From a bacterium UBP13_UBA5359 (lineage in GTDB: Bacteria > UBP13 > UBA5359), in assembly GCA_002410925.1 (NCBI GenBank), contig DHPR01000010.1, positions 30,295 to 94,294 on the forward strand: 64,000 nucleotides of DNA, given 5' to 3'. The translations under genes were made by a program, and so were the position numbers. Every line of letters begins with the position of its first letter. Within the stretch, counting starts at the first letter, position 1. Below are positions 13,339 through 23,051 of the stretch, piece by piece. Under the pieces are notes generated by a model. It was not told the origin of the DNA and ran no database searches. It was given only the letters and a program-made list of their open reading frames with translations.

Positions 13339-13665
13339 ATGGCGGCTGAAAATACCAGAATGGTATTGATAACGGATGACGATGCCCTGTGGGCCTTTGC
13401 AGCCTTTGGCATGAAAATGTACCGAGTCTATAACAGGGAGGAATTAGCCGGTGCCTGGCGTGAAGCCGTTGGCGGAGCTTATAGCCTGATCTTTATTACG
13501 GAGACGCTGGCCGCAGAGAATCCGGAGATGATCGTTGAAAATGAAGCTCCCTTTCCAATAATTGTTCTCTTGCCGGGTGCCCGCGGCAGCCGAGGAACAG
13601 CTGCCGAATATATCCGACAGGCGGTGGTGAAGGCATTAGGGGCAGATATAACCAAGACAGGTTAA
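13339..13665 (+). CDS. atpF: V/A-type ATPase subunit F
   Basis: 108 aa protein at the conserved position before the A subunit. Confidence 0.7.
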   Translation: MAAENTRMVLITDDDALWAFAAFGMKMYRVYNREELAGAWREAVGGAYSLIFITETLAAENPEMIVENEAPFPIIVLLPGARGSRGTAAEYIRQAVVKALGADITKTG

Positions 13666-13782
13666 AGCATTGAGGATAGAGCTCTGTTATTCTGGATGAG
13701 GATTCGTTTGTTTGAGAGGCGGGAAGTTTCAGCTCAGAAAAGAGAAACGAGAGACTGGAAAAGAGCTTCGAGGAGGACTTGC

Positions 13783-15624
13783 ATGGGAAGCGTGGAACCA
13801 ACAATCAACAAGCAACAACCGGCGGCGCACATGCAGAGCGCATCTTCGGCACAGGGAGTTATAACCAGGGTATCCGGCCCATTGGTAGTGGCTGACGATA
13901 TGAAAGACGCTCGCATGTATGATGTGGTCAGGGTTGGAGAAGAGAAGCTGATAGGCGAGATAATAGAGATCAGAGGCAATGCCGCCTCTATACAGGTGTA
14001 TGAAGAAACATCCGGGCTGGGTCCCGGCGATCCTGTATATGCCACCGGTGCTCCGCTCAGTGTCGAATTGGGTCCCGGTCTGCTGGAGTCCATCTATGAC
14101 GGTATTCAGCGCCCGCTCGACGTGTTGTCCTTGAAGTCCGGAGACATGCTGAAACGCGGTGTCGAGGCTCCCGGCCTTGATCCGGAGCGGCTCTGGGATT
14201 TTAGCCCCGTAGTGGAAACCGGTGCCATGGTCGGGCAGGGCGATGTTATCGGCATAGTGGAAGAGACGGAAGTGGTGGCACACCGCATCATGCTCCCACC
14301 CGGATTAACCGGGCGTATAATCGATATCCGGAGTGGTGCTTTTCATATAACGGATACCATTGCTCGTTTGCAGATGGAGGACGGAACTGTTAGGGAGATA
14401 GCTATGCTGCAGCGTTGGCCGGTACGTATGGGCCGTCCCTACAGATCGAAGCATCCGCCGCAGGAGCCGTTGATTACCGGGCAGAGGGTTATCGATACAT
14501 TCTTTCCCATTGTCAAGGGCGGCACAGCCGCCATACCCGGCCCCTTCGGCTCAGGCAAAACGGTTACTCAGCACCAGTTGGCCAAGTGGGCTGATGCTGA
14601 TATTGTCGTCTATGTAGGCTGCGGTGAGCGTGGCAATGAGATGACCGATGTTCTGATGGAATTTCCTCATCTCAGCGACCCGCGTACCGGCAAGCCTCTG
14701 ATGAAGAGGACGGTGCTGATAGCCAATACGTCGAATATGCCTGTGGCCGCCCGAGAGGCCTCCGTTTATACCGGTATCACTATTGCCGAGTATTATCGAG
14801 ATATGGGCTATAACGTAGCTCTCATGGCTGATTCTACCTCACGCTGGGCGGAAGCACTGCGGGAGATGTCCAGCCGTCTGGAGGAGATGCCGGGCGAGGA
14901 GGGCTATCCTGCATATTTGAGCTCCAGACTGGCCGGCTTCTATGAACGTGCCGGTAGCGTAACCTGTCTGGGCGGTGCAGATATTAAGGGATCTATCAGT
15001 GTTATCGGGGCAGTTTCTCCCCCCGGAGGCGATCTCTCCGATCCGGTAGTCCAGGCCACGCTTCGCGTAGTCAAGGTCTTTTGGGGATTGGATGCACAGC
15101 TGGCTTACAGACGGCACTTTCCGGCCATCAATTGGTTGTTGAGCTATTCTCTTTATGTGGATGTCATACGGCAATCCCTGCCGGCGGACCAGAAAGATCT
15201 TGTCATACTGAGAAACGAGGCTATGCAGATACTGCAGCAGGAGGCTGAGCTTCAGGAGATAGTACGCTTAGTCGGGGTGGATGCTTTATCGGTTGATGAG
15301 CGCCTGATACTGGAAACGGCCAGGTCGCTGCGGGAGGATTTTCTCTATCAGGAAGCTTTCAATGCCGTTGACACCTATGTTTCACTGGCCAAGCAGCATC
15401 TCATGCTCAGAAATATTTTGCGCTTCCATAATCTGGCCGGCCGGGCGCTGGCTGACGGCGTACCGCTTGATAAGATAACGGCATTGCCGGTAAGGGAGAG
15501 CATTGCGCGTATGCGTTACAATCCGGAGGACAGGATAAAGCGCCTGTCAGAGATAGGTGCAGAGATAGAGGCCTCGCTGAAAAAGCTCATAGATGAAGCG
15601 ACGGCTCTTGCGGAGGGATTATAA
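13783..15624 (+). CDS. atpA: V/A-type ATPase catalytic subunit A
   Basis: Walker A GPFGSGKT with the non-homologous insert region characteristic of A subunits. Start chosen at the ATG with an AGGAGG RBS. Confidence 0.95.
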   Translation: MGSVEPTINKQQPAAHMQSASSAQGVITRVSGPLVVADDMKDARMYDVVRVGEEKLIGEIIEIRGNAASIQVYEETSGLGPGDPVYATGAPLSVELGPGLLESIYDGIQRPLDVLSLKSGDMLKRGVEAPGLDPERLWDFSPVVETGAMVGQGDVIGIVEETEVVAHRIMLPPGLTGRIIDIRSGAFHITDTIARLQMEDGTVREIAMLQRWPVRMGRPYRSKHPPQEPLITGQRVIDTFFPIVKGGTAAIPGPFGSGKTVTQHQLAKWADADIVVYVGCGERGNEMTDVLMEFPHLSDPRTGKPLMKRTVLIANTSNMPVAAREASVYTGITIAEYYRDMGYNVALMADSTSRWAEALREMSSRLEEMPGEEGYPAYLSSRLAGFYERAGSVTCLGGADIKGSISVIGAVSPPGGDLSDPVVQATLRVVKVFWGLDAQLAYRRHFPAINWLLSYSLYVDVIRQSLPADQKDLVILRNEAMQILQQEAELQEIVRLVGVDALSVDERLILETARSLREDFLYQEAFNAVDTYVSLAKQHLMLRNILRFHNLAGRALADGVPLDKITALPVRESIARMRYNPEDRIKRLSEIGAEIEASLKKLIDEATALAEGL

Positions 15625-16991
15625 TGCAGAAGGAATATCTCACCGTGGCGGAGGTAGTAGGGCCGCTGATGCTGGTGCGGGCTGTCGAAGGCGTAAAATT
15701 TGCTGAGCTGGCTGAGATAGAGTTGCCTGACGGGGAGACGAGGCACGGCCGTGTGCTTGAGATCAGCGGTGATACGGCTTTGATTCAGCTCTTTGAAGGT
15801 ACGACAGGGATGAATATTTACAGCAGCAGAGTGCGCTTTCTGGGGCGTAGCCTTGAGTTCGGAGTTTCAGAGGATATCCTGGGCAGGATTTTCGACGGTC
15901 TTGGACGCCCCATAGATGACGGCCCGGAAATTATCCCGGAAAAGAGACTGGACATAAACGGAGAGCCAATCAACCCTTATGCACGTGATTATCCCTCTGA
16001 ATTTATTCAGACAGGCATCTCTGCCATAGATGGTTTGAATACTTTAGTGCGCGGGCAGAAGCTGCCTATATTCTCTCTTTCCGGATTGCCGCATTCCAGA
16101 ATAGCCGCTCAAATAACCAGGCAGTCCAGGGTTCTCGGCACTGCAGAGAAATTTGCCGTAGTCTTTGGAGCTATGGGCATAACTTATGAGGAGGCGGAAT
16201 ATTTTATCAGCGATTTTCGTCGTACAGGTGCCGTAGACAGATCGGTTATCTTCATCAATTTAGCTAATGATCCGGCAGTAGAACGGATTGCCACTCCTCG
16301 GATGGCTTTAACGTCTGCCGAATATCTGGCCTTTGACAAGGGCATGCATGTGCTGGTTATTCTGACCGACATGACCAATTATGCTGAAGCCTTGCGGGAG
16401 ATATCCGCTGCCAGAAAAGAGGTGCCGGGACGTCGCGGCTATCCCGGCTATCTTTACACGGATTTGGCAACTATTTATGAACGGGCCGGGCGTATCAGAG
16501 GACGCGGAGGTTCAATTACCCAGATACCCATCCTCACTATGCCGGAGGACGATAAGACGCATCCTATTCCTGATCTCACCGGTTATATTACGGAGGGGCA
16601 GATTATTCTCAGCCGTGAGCTGCATCGTCGCGGTATCTATCCTCCTATTGATGTGTTACCGTCACTCTCCCGTCTGAAAGAGAAAGGTATAGGCAAGGGC
16701 AAAACACGTGAGGACCACTCCAGCCTTTCCAGCCAGCTCTTTGCCGCCTATGCCAGGGGCAAGGAGGCCAAGGAACTGGCCGTAGTTCTGGGTGAAGCCG
16801 CCCTGTCTCCGGAGGACAAGATGTTTGCCGATATGGCGGACGCCTTTGAGGAACGCTTTGTCAAACAGGGTGAGAATGAGGATCGCAGTGTCGAGCAGAC
16901 CCTCGATACCGGCTGGCGGTTGCTGGCGCTGCTGCCGCACGGTGAATTGAAGCGCGTCAGCGAAGAATATATCGAAAAATATATGGAGTAG
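15624..16991 (+). CDS. atpB: V/A-type ATPase subunit B
   Basis: Typical B-subunit sequence (GQKLPIFS ... [17 protein letters not shown]). Start overlaps the atpA stop. Confidence 0.95.
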   Translation: MQKEYLTVAEVVGPLMLVRAVEGVKFAELAEIELPDGETRHGRVLEISGDTALIQLFEGTTGMNIYSSRVRFLGRSLEFGVSEDILGRIFDGLGRPIDDGPEIIPEKRLDINGEPINPYARDYPSEFIQTGISAIDGLNTLVRGQKLPIFSLSGLPHSRIAAQITRQSRVLGTAEKFAVVFGAMGITYEEAEYFISDFRRTGAVDRSVIFINLANDPAVERIATPRMALTSAEYLAFDKGMHVLVILTDMTNYAEALREISAARKEVPGRRGYPGYLYTDLATIYERAGRIRGRGGSITQIPILTMPEDDKTHPIPDLTGYITEGQIILSRELHRRGIYPPIDVLPSLSRLKEKGIGKGKTREDHSSLSSQLFAAYARGKEAKELAVVLGEAALSPEDKMFADMADAFEERFVKQGENEDRSVEQTLDTGWRLLALLPHGELKRVSEEYIEKYME

Positions 16992-16995
16992 AGAG

Positions 16996-17613
16996 ATGCG
17001 TATAGCCGTTAATCCCACCAGAATGGAGTTGCTGCAGCTCAGGCGCAGGCTGGCTATAGCCGTCAAGGGGCATAAGCTGCTAAAGGATAAGCAGGATGAG
17101 ATGATTCGACGCTTTCTTCTGATGACGGAAGAGGTGCGGGATTTGCGCCGGGAGACGGAACGGCTGCTGGGAAAAGTTTATAACCGTACTCTCATGGCGC
17201 GCGCGCAGCTTTCCGAAGCCGAACTGCGGGGAAATTTGCTTGTATCGACCGCTCCGCTCCAAATTGCCTGCGAGCGAGATGTCATCATGAATGTTCAGGT
17301 GCCGGCTTGCAGTATAGCTGAGGCTGGAGATCCCTTCTCCTATAGTCCTCTTTCCATGCCAGGCGAACTGGATGAAGCCGTAGCATCGCTGCGCAAAGCT
17401 ATGCCTCTTTTGATCAAACTGGCTCAGATGGAGAAAACCGTTCATCTTCTGGCTATAGAGATAGAGCGTATCCGGCGCCGGGTCAATGCCCTGGAGTATG
17501 TGCTTATTCCCAATTTACAGGAGACCATCAGATATATAAGCATGAAGCTGGACGAGCTGGAACGCGAGGGTATAGTAAGGTTGATGAAGATCAAGGAGAT
17601 AGTGCGGGGGTGA
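16996..17613 (+). CDS. atpD: V/A-type ATPase subunit D
   Basis: About 205 aa coiled-coil central-stalk protein at the end of the operon. Confidence 0.85.
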   Translation: MRIAVNPTRMELLQLRRRLAIAVKGHKLLKDKQDEMIRRFLLMTEEVRDLRRETERLLGKVYNRTLMARAQLSEAELRGNLLVSTAPLQIACERDVIMNVQVPACSIAEAGDPFSYSPLSMPGELDEAVASLRKAMPLLIKLAQMEKTVHLLAIEIERIRRRVNALEYVLIPNLQETIRYISMKLDELEREGIVRLMKIKEIVRG

Positions 17614-17833
17614 AGCGGCAGGGTTGCAATATTTGCTTGACGTCGTTTTTGAATATATTGGCGTCCGAGATACCAGTTCGAGCGCTTTTTTAAACACGAC
17701 AAATTGGCCGTCAGCGATTTCCAGATATCGGTGGTCGCAGAGAAATAAAGCATACTATAAATTCCTGTAAACAATTTATATCCGGGAGAAGGAGATTCTA
17801 AAATAGTGGCGAATATATAACATATATTAAAGT

Positions 17834-17851
17834 CTTATAAGTGACTATAAG
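17834..17851 (+). promoter_or_regulatory. Inverted repeat CTTATA-N6-TATAAG overlapping the RBS of the GntR-type regulator gene
   Basis: 6-bp arms with a 6-bp spacer, 9 nt upstream of the start codon. Could be an autoregulatory operator. Confidence 0.25.
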
Positions 17852-17859
17852 AGGCAGAC

Positions 17860-18972
17860 ATGACACGACGTATAAACAGAGAACAGGGCATTCCCATTTA
17901 CCGCCAGTTGAAAGAGATACTGCGCCGGGCTATTTTTGATGAATTCAATCCCGGCGATAAATTCTACTCCGAGGGACAGATCGCGCGGAAGTATGATGTT
18001 TCCAGCATGACTGTAAACAAGGTTATCTGCGAACTGGCGCTGGAAGGCCTGCTTTACAGGGTGCAGGGAAAAGGCACTTTTATAAGCAATAGAGAAGTTG
18101 GGCAGAAAAAAAATATAGTAGTTCTCTTGCCTCTGGAAACACCGGAGATATTCAGCGATGAGTTCTTCAGTATTATCTGGAAAGGCATGGAGAAAGAGGC
18201 TGGCATTCTGGGCCTGAATCTTATCACGGTCGGCTACTCCGAGCATAAGCGCAAGATGGAAGAGTATATAAATGTTTTGGATCATAACGGAATCAAAGGC
18301 GCCGTTTTACTGGATATCGGAGCCAATGAATTGCTCTATCTGCGGGATGCCGGCATTCCTGTGGTTCTGCTCGATTATATCCGTTCCACAGGCGATGGCA
18401 TTGTCAGCATATCCACCGATAATGTCGACGGTGCGATAGAGATCGTCGAATATCTGATCGGCCTGGGGCATAAAAGGATTGCCTGTATAGGTGCTCTGAC
18501 GGAAAGCCCCAGTTTCTCCGAGAGGATCAAAGGCTACAGGACAGCTTTGACGAGACGAGGGCTGAAGGCCGATGAAGAGCTGATACGCATCAGCGACCGG
18601 AGCTTGCTGAAAGACAGAGGCAAAGCGGCCATGTTTAATTGCGGCTATCGGACCATGAAGGAGTTGCTGAAGAGCAAAAAGCATTTCACGGCTGTTTTTG
18701 CCGTCAATGATACCATAGCGTTAGGCGCCGTCAAGGCTATAAAGGAGGAGGGGCTATCCATTCCTCAGGATATCAGTATCGCCGGCTTTGACGGGACTGT
18801 CTCGGCTGGAAAGTCCGACCCGCCCTTGACCACTATGAACATCTTTACCGAAAAGATGGGGCGATTGGCGGTGCGGATGCTGAACGATATTACGGTTGCC
18901 GATGAACCCAGGGAGATAATGATATCTTCGCAGTTGATTGTCAGGGAATCCTGCCGGCGCCTGGACGGATAG
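17860..18972 (+). CDS. Transcriptional regulator, GntR-type HTH fused to a LacI/PBP1-type sugar-binding domain
   Basis: N-terminal GntR winged helix (YRQLKEIL ... SEGQIARKYDVSSMTVNKVICEL). C-terminal LacI-like core (AVFAVNDTIALGAVKAIKEEGLSIPQDISIAGFDG). Confidence 0.75.
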   Translation: MTRRINREQGIPIYRQLKEILRRAIFDEFNPGDKFYSEGQIARKYDVSSMTVNKVICELALEGLLYRVQGKGTFISNREVGQKKNIVVLLPLETPEIFSDEFFSIIWKGMEKEAGILGLNLITVGYSEHKRKMEEYINVLDHNGIKGAVLLDIGANELLYLRDAGIPVVLLDYIRSTGDGIVSISTDNVDGAIEIVEYLIGLGHKRIACIGALTESPSFSERIKGYRTALTRRGLKADEELIRISDRSLLKDRGKAAMFNCGYRTMKELLKSKKHFTAVFAVNDTIALGAVKAIKEEGLSIPQDISIAGFDGTVSAGKSDPPLTTMNIFTEKMGRLAVRMLNDITVADEPREIMISSQLIVRESCRRLDG

Positions 18973-19030
18973 ACCAGCAAGGGGATAAAAACATATCTTT
19001 AAAAGGGGTTTTGAAAGGAGGGAGCCGATA

Positions 19031-19735
19031 GTGCCGATGACAGCACATTTTATTTATCGAAAAAAGAAGGGCTTTACTTTAATCGAACTTTTAGTCGTTA
19101 TTGCTATAATAGCATTGCTGGCAGCCATATTATTTCCTGTCTTTTCACGGGTCAGAGAGAAGGCCAGGCAGACGACCTGTGCCAATAATCTCAAGCAGAT
19201 TTACCTGGCGATATCGATGTATGCCAGCGATAACGATGGCTATTTCCCGTCCGGTTGGCAATATTATCCTTATCATGGAGGTTATCCTTACGTTGGAGCC
19301 TGGGCATGGATGACAGGGCTTTATCCGTCATATGCGCCCTCCAAGGAAATATTCTTTTGTCCGGGCACCAGCAGCGCCTTCAAGGGACGAGAGCACTTTA
19401 TAAAAACTTGGGGGGGCTACCAAACCGGGTATTTTTACTGGCCTGATTGCGACGGACGGTGGGCCGGCGGGGTGGCATATGGGTATTATCGTAGCTATAT
19501 GGGGCGCTCGGCCGGTTACGTGGCGCCTTTGGGGCCTGTCGCGGAGGATGACGATCACGGGAAGCCCATCGTGCAGGACGCGTGGGTGGGAAGAGGGGCT
19601 GCTAACAGCAATCATGCGGCACCGGGAGGCCAGCCCTACGGCTTGAACTGTCTCTTTTTTGAAGGCAATGTTATTCATTATCCGTCAGAGAAATTATCAT
19701 TGTACGGCAGTGGTACTTTGATATGCCGACCGTAA
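19031..19735 (+). CDS. Prepilin-type N-terminal cleavage/methylation domain protein (DUF1559-like)
   Basis: Class III signal [46 protein letters not shown] and a degenerate C-terminal NCLFFEGNV element. Confidence 0.7.
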   Translation: MPMTAHFIYRKKKGFTLIELLVVIAIIALLAAILFPVFSRVREKARQTTCANNLKQIYLAISMYASDNDGYFPSGWQYYPYHGGYPYVGAWAWMTGLYPSYAPSKEIFFCPGTSSAFKGREHFIKTWGGYQTGYFYWPDCDGRWAGGVAYGYYRSYMGRSAGYVAPLGPVAEDDDHGKPIVQDAWVGRGAANSNHAAPGGQPYGLNCLFFEGNVIHYPSEKLSLYGSGTLICRP

Positions 19736-19773
19736 GGCGGTTTTTAAAATTAATTGTAAGGAGATGGTCGATA

Positions 19774-21042
19774 ATGAAGATGATAAAAGTTTTGTCTGGT
19801 ACGGCAATTTATTTGCTTTTGAGCTTGCTGTTCGCAAGCATCGTTTGTGCGGATACGGGGCAGGGTGAAGAGAAGAGAATATACTTTCCGGTAACCGCTC
19901 TGGGAAATCCCGGCTTCGAGATAGGCGCCCTGGCGGAAAAAATTAGCTCACCGATGTGGGGCCTGGCACAGGTTACCCGGGTTGGCAGCTACGGTTTGGA
20001 TACCAATGATGCTTGCAGCGGAACGGCCTCTTATAAGATCAGTTCCGAAAGTGCGGAAGGATGGGGCTATCTGACTGGAAATAGCATAGGAGCCTGGCGG
20101 ATAGTTCCAGGGGCCAAGTACCGCCTGAAGGTCTGGATGAAGGGAGAGGGGATCTCGTCCGGTGCCGCATGGGCGAATTTAGTCTGGTACAAGGAAGATG
20201 GAAGTATTATTAGAGGCGGCGGTGTTTCAGTGCGTGCTGCAGAGCAATCTTTTGTCTGGAAGGAGTTTGTTTCTCAATCGGTTGAGATTCCGGTTGATGC
20301 CAGTCATTATTGCATTCAAATCGGTGTCGGTCCTAAGTTTGCAGGCACCGTTCGCTTTGATGACATAGCGCTCGAAGTCGATCGTCCGCTGGAAGTGCCT
20401 ACGGCGAAGAAGGGCTTGGTGGCCTACTGGAATTTCGATGAAGGCCAGGGGGAGATACTACACGACAGCTCCGAATATGGAAACAACGGCCAGATTACCA
20501 ATCCCGTTTGGCAGGAGGGTATAGCCGGAAAAGCGCTTCTTTTAAGCAAGGATACTCGCGTAATGGTGCCGCACCATCCGTCATACATCTTTCGTGATGG
20601 TGAATTCAGTCTGGAAGCGTGGGTCAAGCCGCTGAAAAAAAGCGGTCACAATGTTATTCTTTTCAAGGGTGTGAACATCAATCTTCCGTGTGAATACTAC
20701 TTCGGCACGCTGAACAATGATATCCGCCTGCTTGGCGGCGACATACAGGAAAGCTATATTCGTACAGCGCTTGCTGAAAATGAATGGAATCACCTGGTTG
20801 TCAGCGGAGATGGTAAAGTAGCTAGAGTTTATCACAACGGCAGATTTTACGGCGTTTGTAACTATTCATACCTCTATTTCACGACTCGCCCTTTATGGAT
20901 TGGTTTTGAGCCGGGGTATGGGACATCTTTCAATGGTCTTGTTGATGAACTGAAGATCTATAACAGAGCGCTTTCCCGAGAGGAAATCAATGACCATTAT
21001 GAGCAGTTTGCCGTGCCCGTCGCAGAACAACAAAAGAAGTGA
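19774..21042 (+). CDS. Secreted LamG / concanavalin-A-like lectin domain protein
   Basis: Signal peptide after the ATG with an AAGGAG RBS. C-terminal LamG pattern (LVAYWNFDEG ... LVDELKIYNRALSREEI). Confidence 0.6.
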   Translation: MKMIKVLSGTAIYLLLSLLFASIVCADTGQGEEKRIYFPVTALGNPGFEIGALAEKISSPMWGLAQVTRVGSYGLDTNDACSGTASYKISSESAEGWGYLTGNSIGAWRIVPGAKYRLKVWMKGEGISSGAAWANLVWYKEDGSIIRGGGVSVRAAEQSFVWKEFVSQSVEIPVDASHYCIQIGVGPKFAGTVRFDDIALEVDRPLEVPTAKKGLVAYWNFDEGQGEILHDSSEYGNNGQITNPVWQEGIAGKALLLSKDTRVMVPHHPSYIFRDGEFSLEAWVKPLKKSGHNVILFKGVNINLPCEYYFGTLNNDIRLLGGDIQESYIRTALAENEWNHLVVSGDGKVARVYHNGRFYGVCNYSYLYFTTRPLWIGFEPGYGTSFNGLVDELKIYNRALSREEINDHYEQFAVPVAEQQKK

Positions 21043-21050
21043 GGAAGCGA

Positions 21051-22997
21051 ATGATGTCCGGAATAACAAAAGTACGGCTGCTGGGGGTTCTTCTTTTCAT
21101 TGCCTGCTCCTGCTTCACGCAACTGCGGGTTGCTGCAGGCGATAAACTGACGCAATATATAGTCGGAGCTGTTTGCCGTCCTGATCGGTTGCAGGATGCC
21201 GCCGGCAGATCGGTAATATATCGGGAGAATCTCCATATATATATATCCAATCCTGGAAAGGAATCTTTGAAGATTGAGAGTGTAAGGATAAACGGCAAAG
21301 ATTTGCAGGCAGAAATAACCGCCGATAATATCCTGTGGTATACCATCAATCCTTTGGAAGTATCGCCATTGGCATATGGAGAGTTGATCGTTCGATATAT
21401 GGAGACAGGCATGGCGCCGACTGCTGTCAAAGTGGAATTGCTTGATGCTCAAAAAAGGGTTTTAGGCAGTGGCACAGTACCGGTGATTTTACAGGAACCG
21501 GTCATCTGCCAAGCCATAGGTTTTGAGGAAGACTACAAAACAATCTATCTTTATATTTCACCGGCGAATATAGAGAATGTCACCATAAAAGAAGTTTATT
21601 GCAATGGTAAAAAAGTTGCATTTGGGGGGGAAGGCATATTAAAAAAGGGTTGTATAAGCCCTATGGTTATCGGTCTTTCTCAGCCGGTCGGCAAGCATGA
21701 ATTTGTCATGCTTGAACTGATAACCGATAAAGGAACCAGTCGCCTTTTTTCCAGGGTCATTGAGCCTTTTTTCTCTATCGGCATGTACCGTTGTCACAGG
21801 TACGGCGGTAATTTTCAACCGGCGCAGCGCAACAGATATGAACGTAATTTTGGTAAATGGGCGCAACCATATCTGGAATATCTTACGGGGCCGGACCGGG
21901 CCGGTTATGCTGTGCCGGAGTGGCTTGACGATTGCCGAAAGCATCTTATCAATACGATAGCGCCCGATTTTACTACTTGGATCAGCCCTTTGAAAGCGGT
22001 TGATTTACTGAAAGAAAGAGATCTAAGATTGGTCAGTACAAAATACGGTCAGGAAATAATCTCTTACCCCGGCTTACACTCCCTTTATCTGGCCGACGAG
22101 CCGGCCGGCATTGATGCGGCGCGCTCATTGACCGAACGCTTGCAGAAGTTGCGTAAATCTTGTAATTCCGGTATCCCTTGCAAAATCGTCTTTTGCAATC
22201 TGGGCTGCTCACCCTGCGATTTCACTTATATTGATGCCGCTGATTTTGACACTTATCCCATAGGCGCCTCGGCTCAGGGAAGACCATTTGGCATCGGCGG
22301 CGGCGTAAGAGCCTTGCGAGAAATAATGGCGCCGCGGCCGATAGGTTTTGTACCGCAGGCTTTTCGCAGTCATCCTGATAAGAAGACGGGAGGGGGTTGG
22401 AGACGCTTCCCTACACCTGATGAAGAGCGATGGATGGTATACAGCGCCGTTGCCAACGGTGCCAAAAGCATCACCTACTTTGCCTACTCTCTGGAAACAT
22501 ATGAACCCGTCGAGGGTGTGGGAACGGCAGCTCTTGTCGGTATCCCCGAGGCTGTAAACCTTTGGCGGGAGATCGGACGTCTCAATCTGGAATTAACCGT
22601 CATGGGGCCCTGGCTGATGAGAAGTTGCGTGCTGAAACAATACCGGACAAACGGTATAGAGATATCGGTTATAGGTGTCGGGGAAACTACATTGATTGTT
22701 ATACCTGTAAATCACAACTATTCTCTGTCGAAGGGCGAGCTTTACGAAGAATTTGTTCCAAAAGCCATGAAGAATATTCTTTTGCCTGTAAGCCTGCCCT
22801 CTTATATGAGTACAATTAAGAGTGCCTTTGAAGTTACTTATAAAGGCATGGAAGATCTGAATTTCACCATTACCGGAAGAGAGGCGGCAATCAACTTGCC
22901 TGCTTTGGAAACCGGTAAAATGATTGTTCTGACCTCGGCCTCAGACTTAAAAAACGAAGTAGAGGCCAGGCGACTATCCTTTGCCGGCATAGAGTAG
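21051..22997 (+). CDS. Secreted hypothetical protein, possible carbohydrate-active enzyme
   Basis: N-terminal signal peptide; no motif I can assign. Begins 8 nt after the upstream stop. Confidence 0.4.
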   Translation: MMSGITKVRLLGVLLFIACSCFTQLRVAAGDKLTQYIVGAVCRPDRLQDAAGRSVIYRENLHIYISNPGKESLKIESVRINGKDLQAEITADNILWYTINPLEVSPLAYGELIVRYMETGMAPTAVKVELLDAQKRVLGSGTVPVILQEPVICQAIGFEEDYKTIYLYISPANIENVTIKEVYCNGKKVAFGGEGILKKGCISPMVIGLSQPVGKHEFVMLELITDKGTSRLFSRVIEPFFSIGMYRCHRYGGNFQPAQRNRYERNFGKWAQPYLEYLTGPDRAGYAVPEWLDDCRKHLINTIAPDFTTWISPLKAVDLLKERDLRLVSTKYGQEIISYPGLHSLYLADEPAGIDAARSLTERLQKLRKSCNSGIPCKIVFCNLGCSPCDFTYIDAADFDTYPIGASAQGRPFGIGGGVRALREIMAPRPIGFVPQAFRSHPDKKTGGGWRRFPTPDEERWMVYSAVANGAKSITYFAYSLETYEPVEGVGTAALVGIPEAVNLWREIGRLNLELTVMGPWLMRSCVLKQYRTNGIEISVIGVGETTLIVIPVNHNYSLSKGELYEEFVPKAMKNILLPVSLPSYMSTIKSAFEVTYKGMEDLNFTITGREAAINLPALETGKMIVLTSASDLKNEVEARRLSFAGIE

Positions 22998-23051
22998 AGT
23001 GCTTTGGGCACTGCTCCCGATTTATCAATACTTGTGTGAGAGGTTGTTGTT

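Noticed and set aside
13729-14291. Minus-strand ORFs of 184, 119 and 61 aa
   Set aside because: Antisense to the V-ATPase A subunit, a typical artefact of GC-rich coding sequence.
19255-19678. ORFs 19255..19446 (+) and 19328..19678 (-)
   Set aside because: Lie within the DUF1559-like gene in other frames or on the other strand. The Gly/Tyr-rich region of the real protein produces spurious alternative-frame ORFs.
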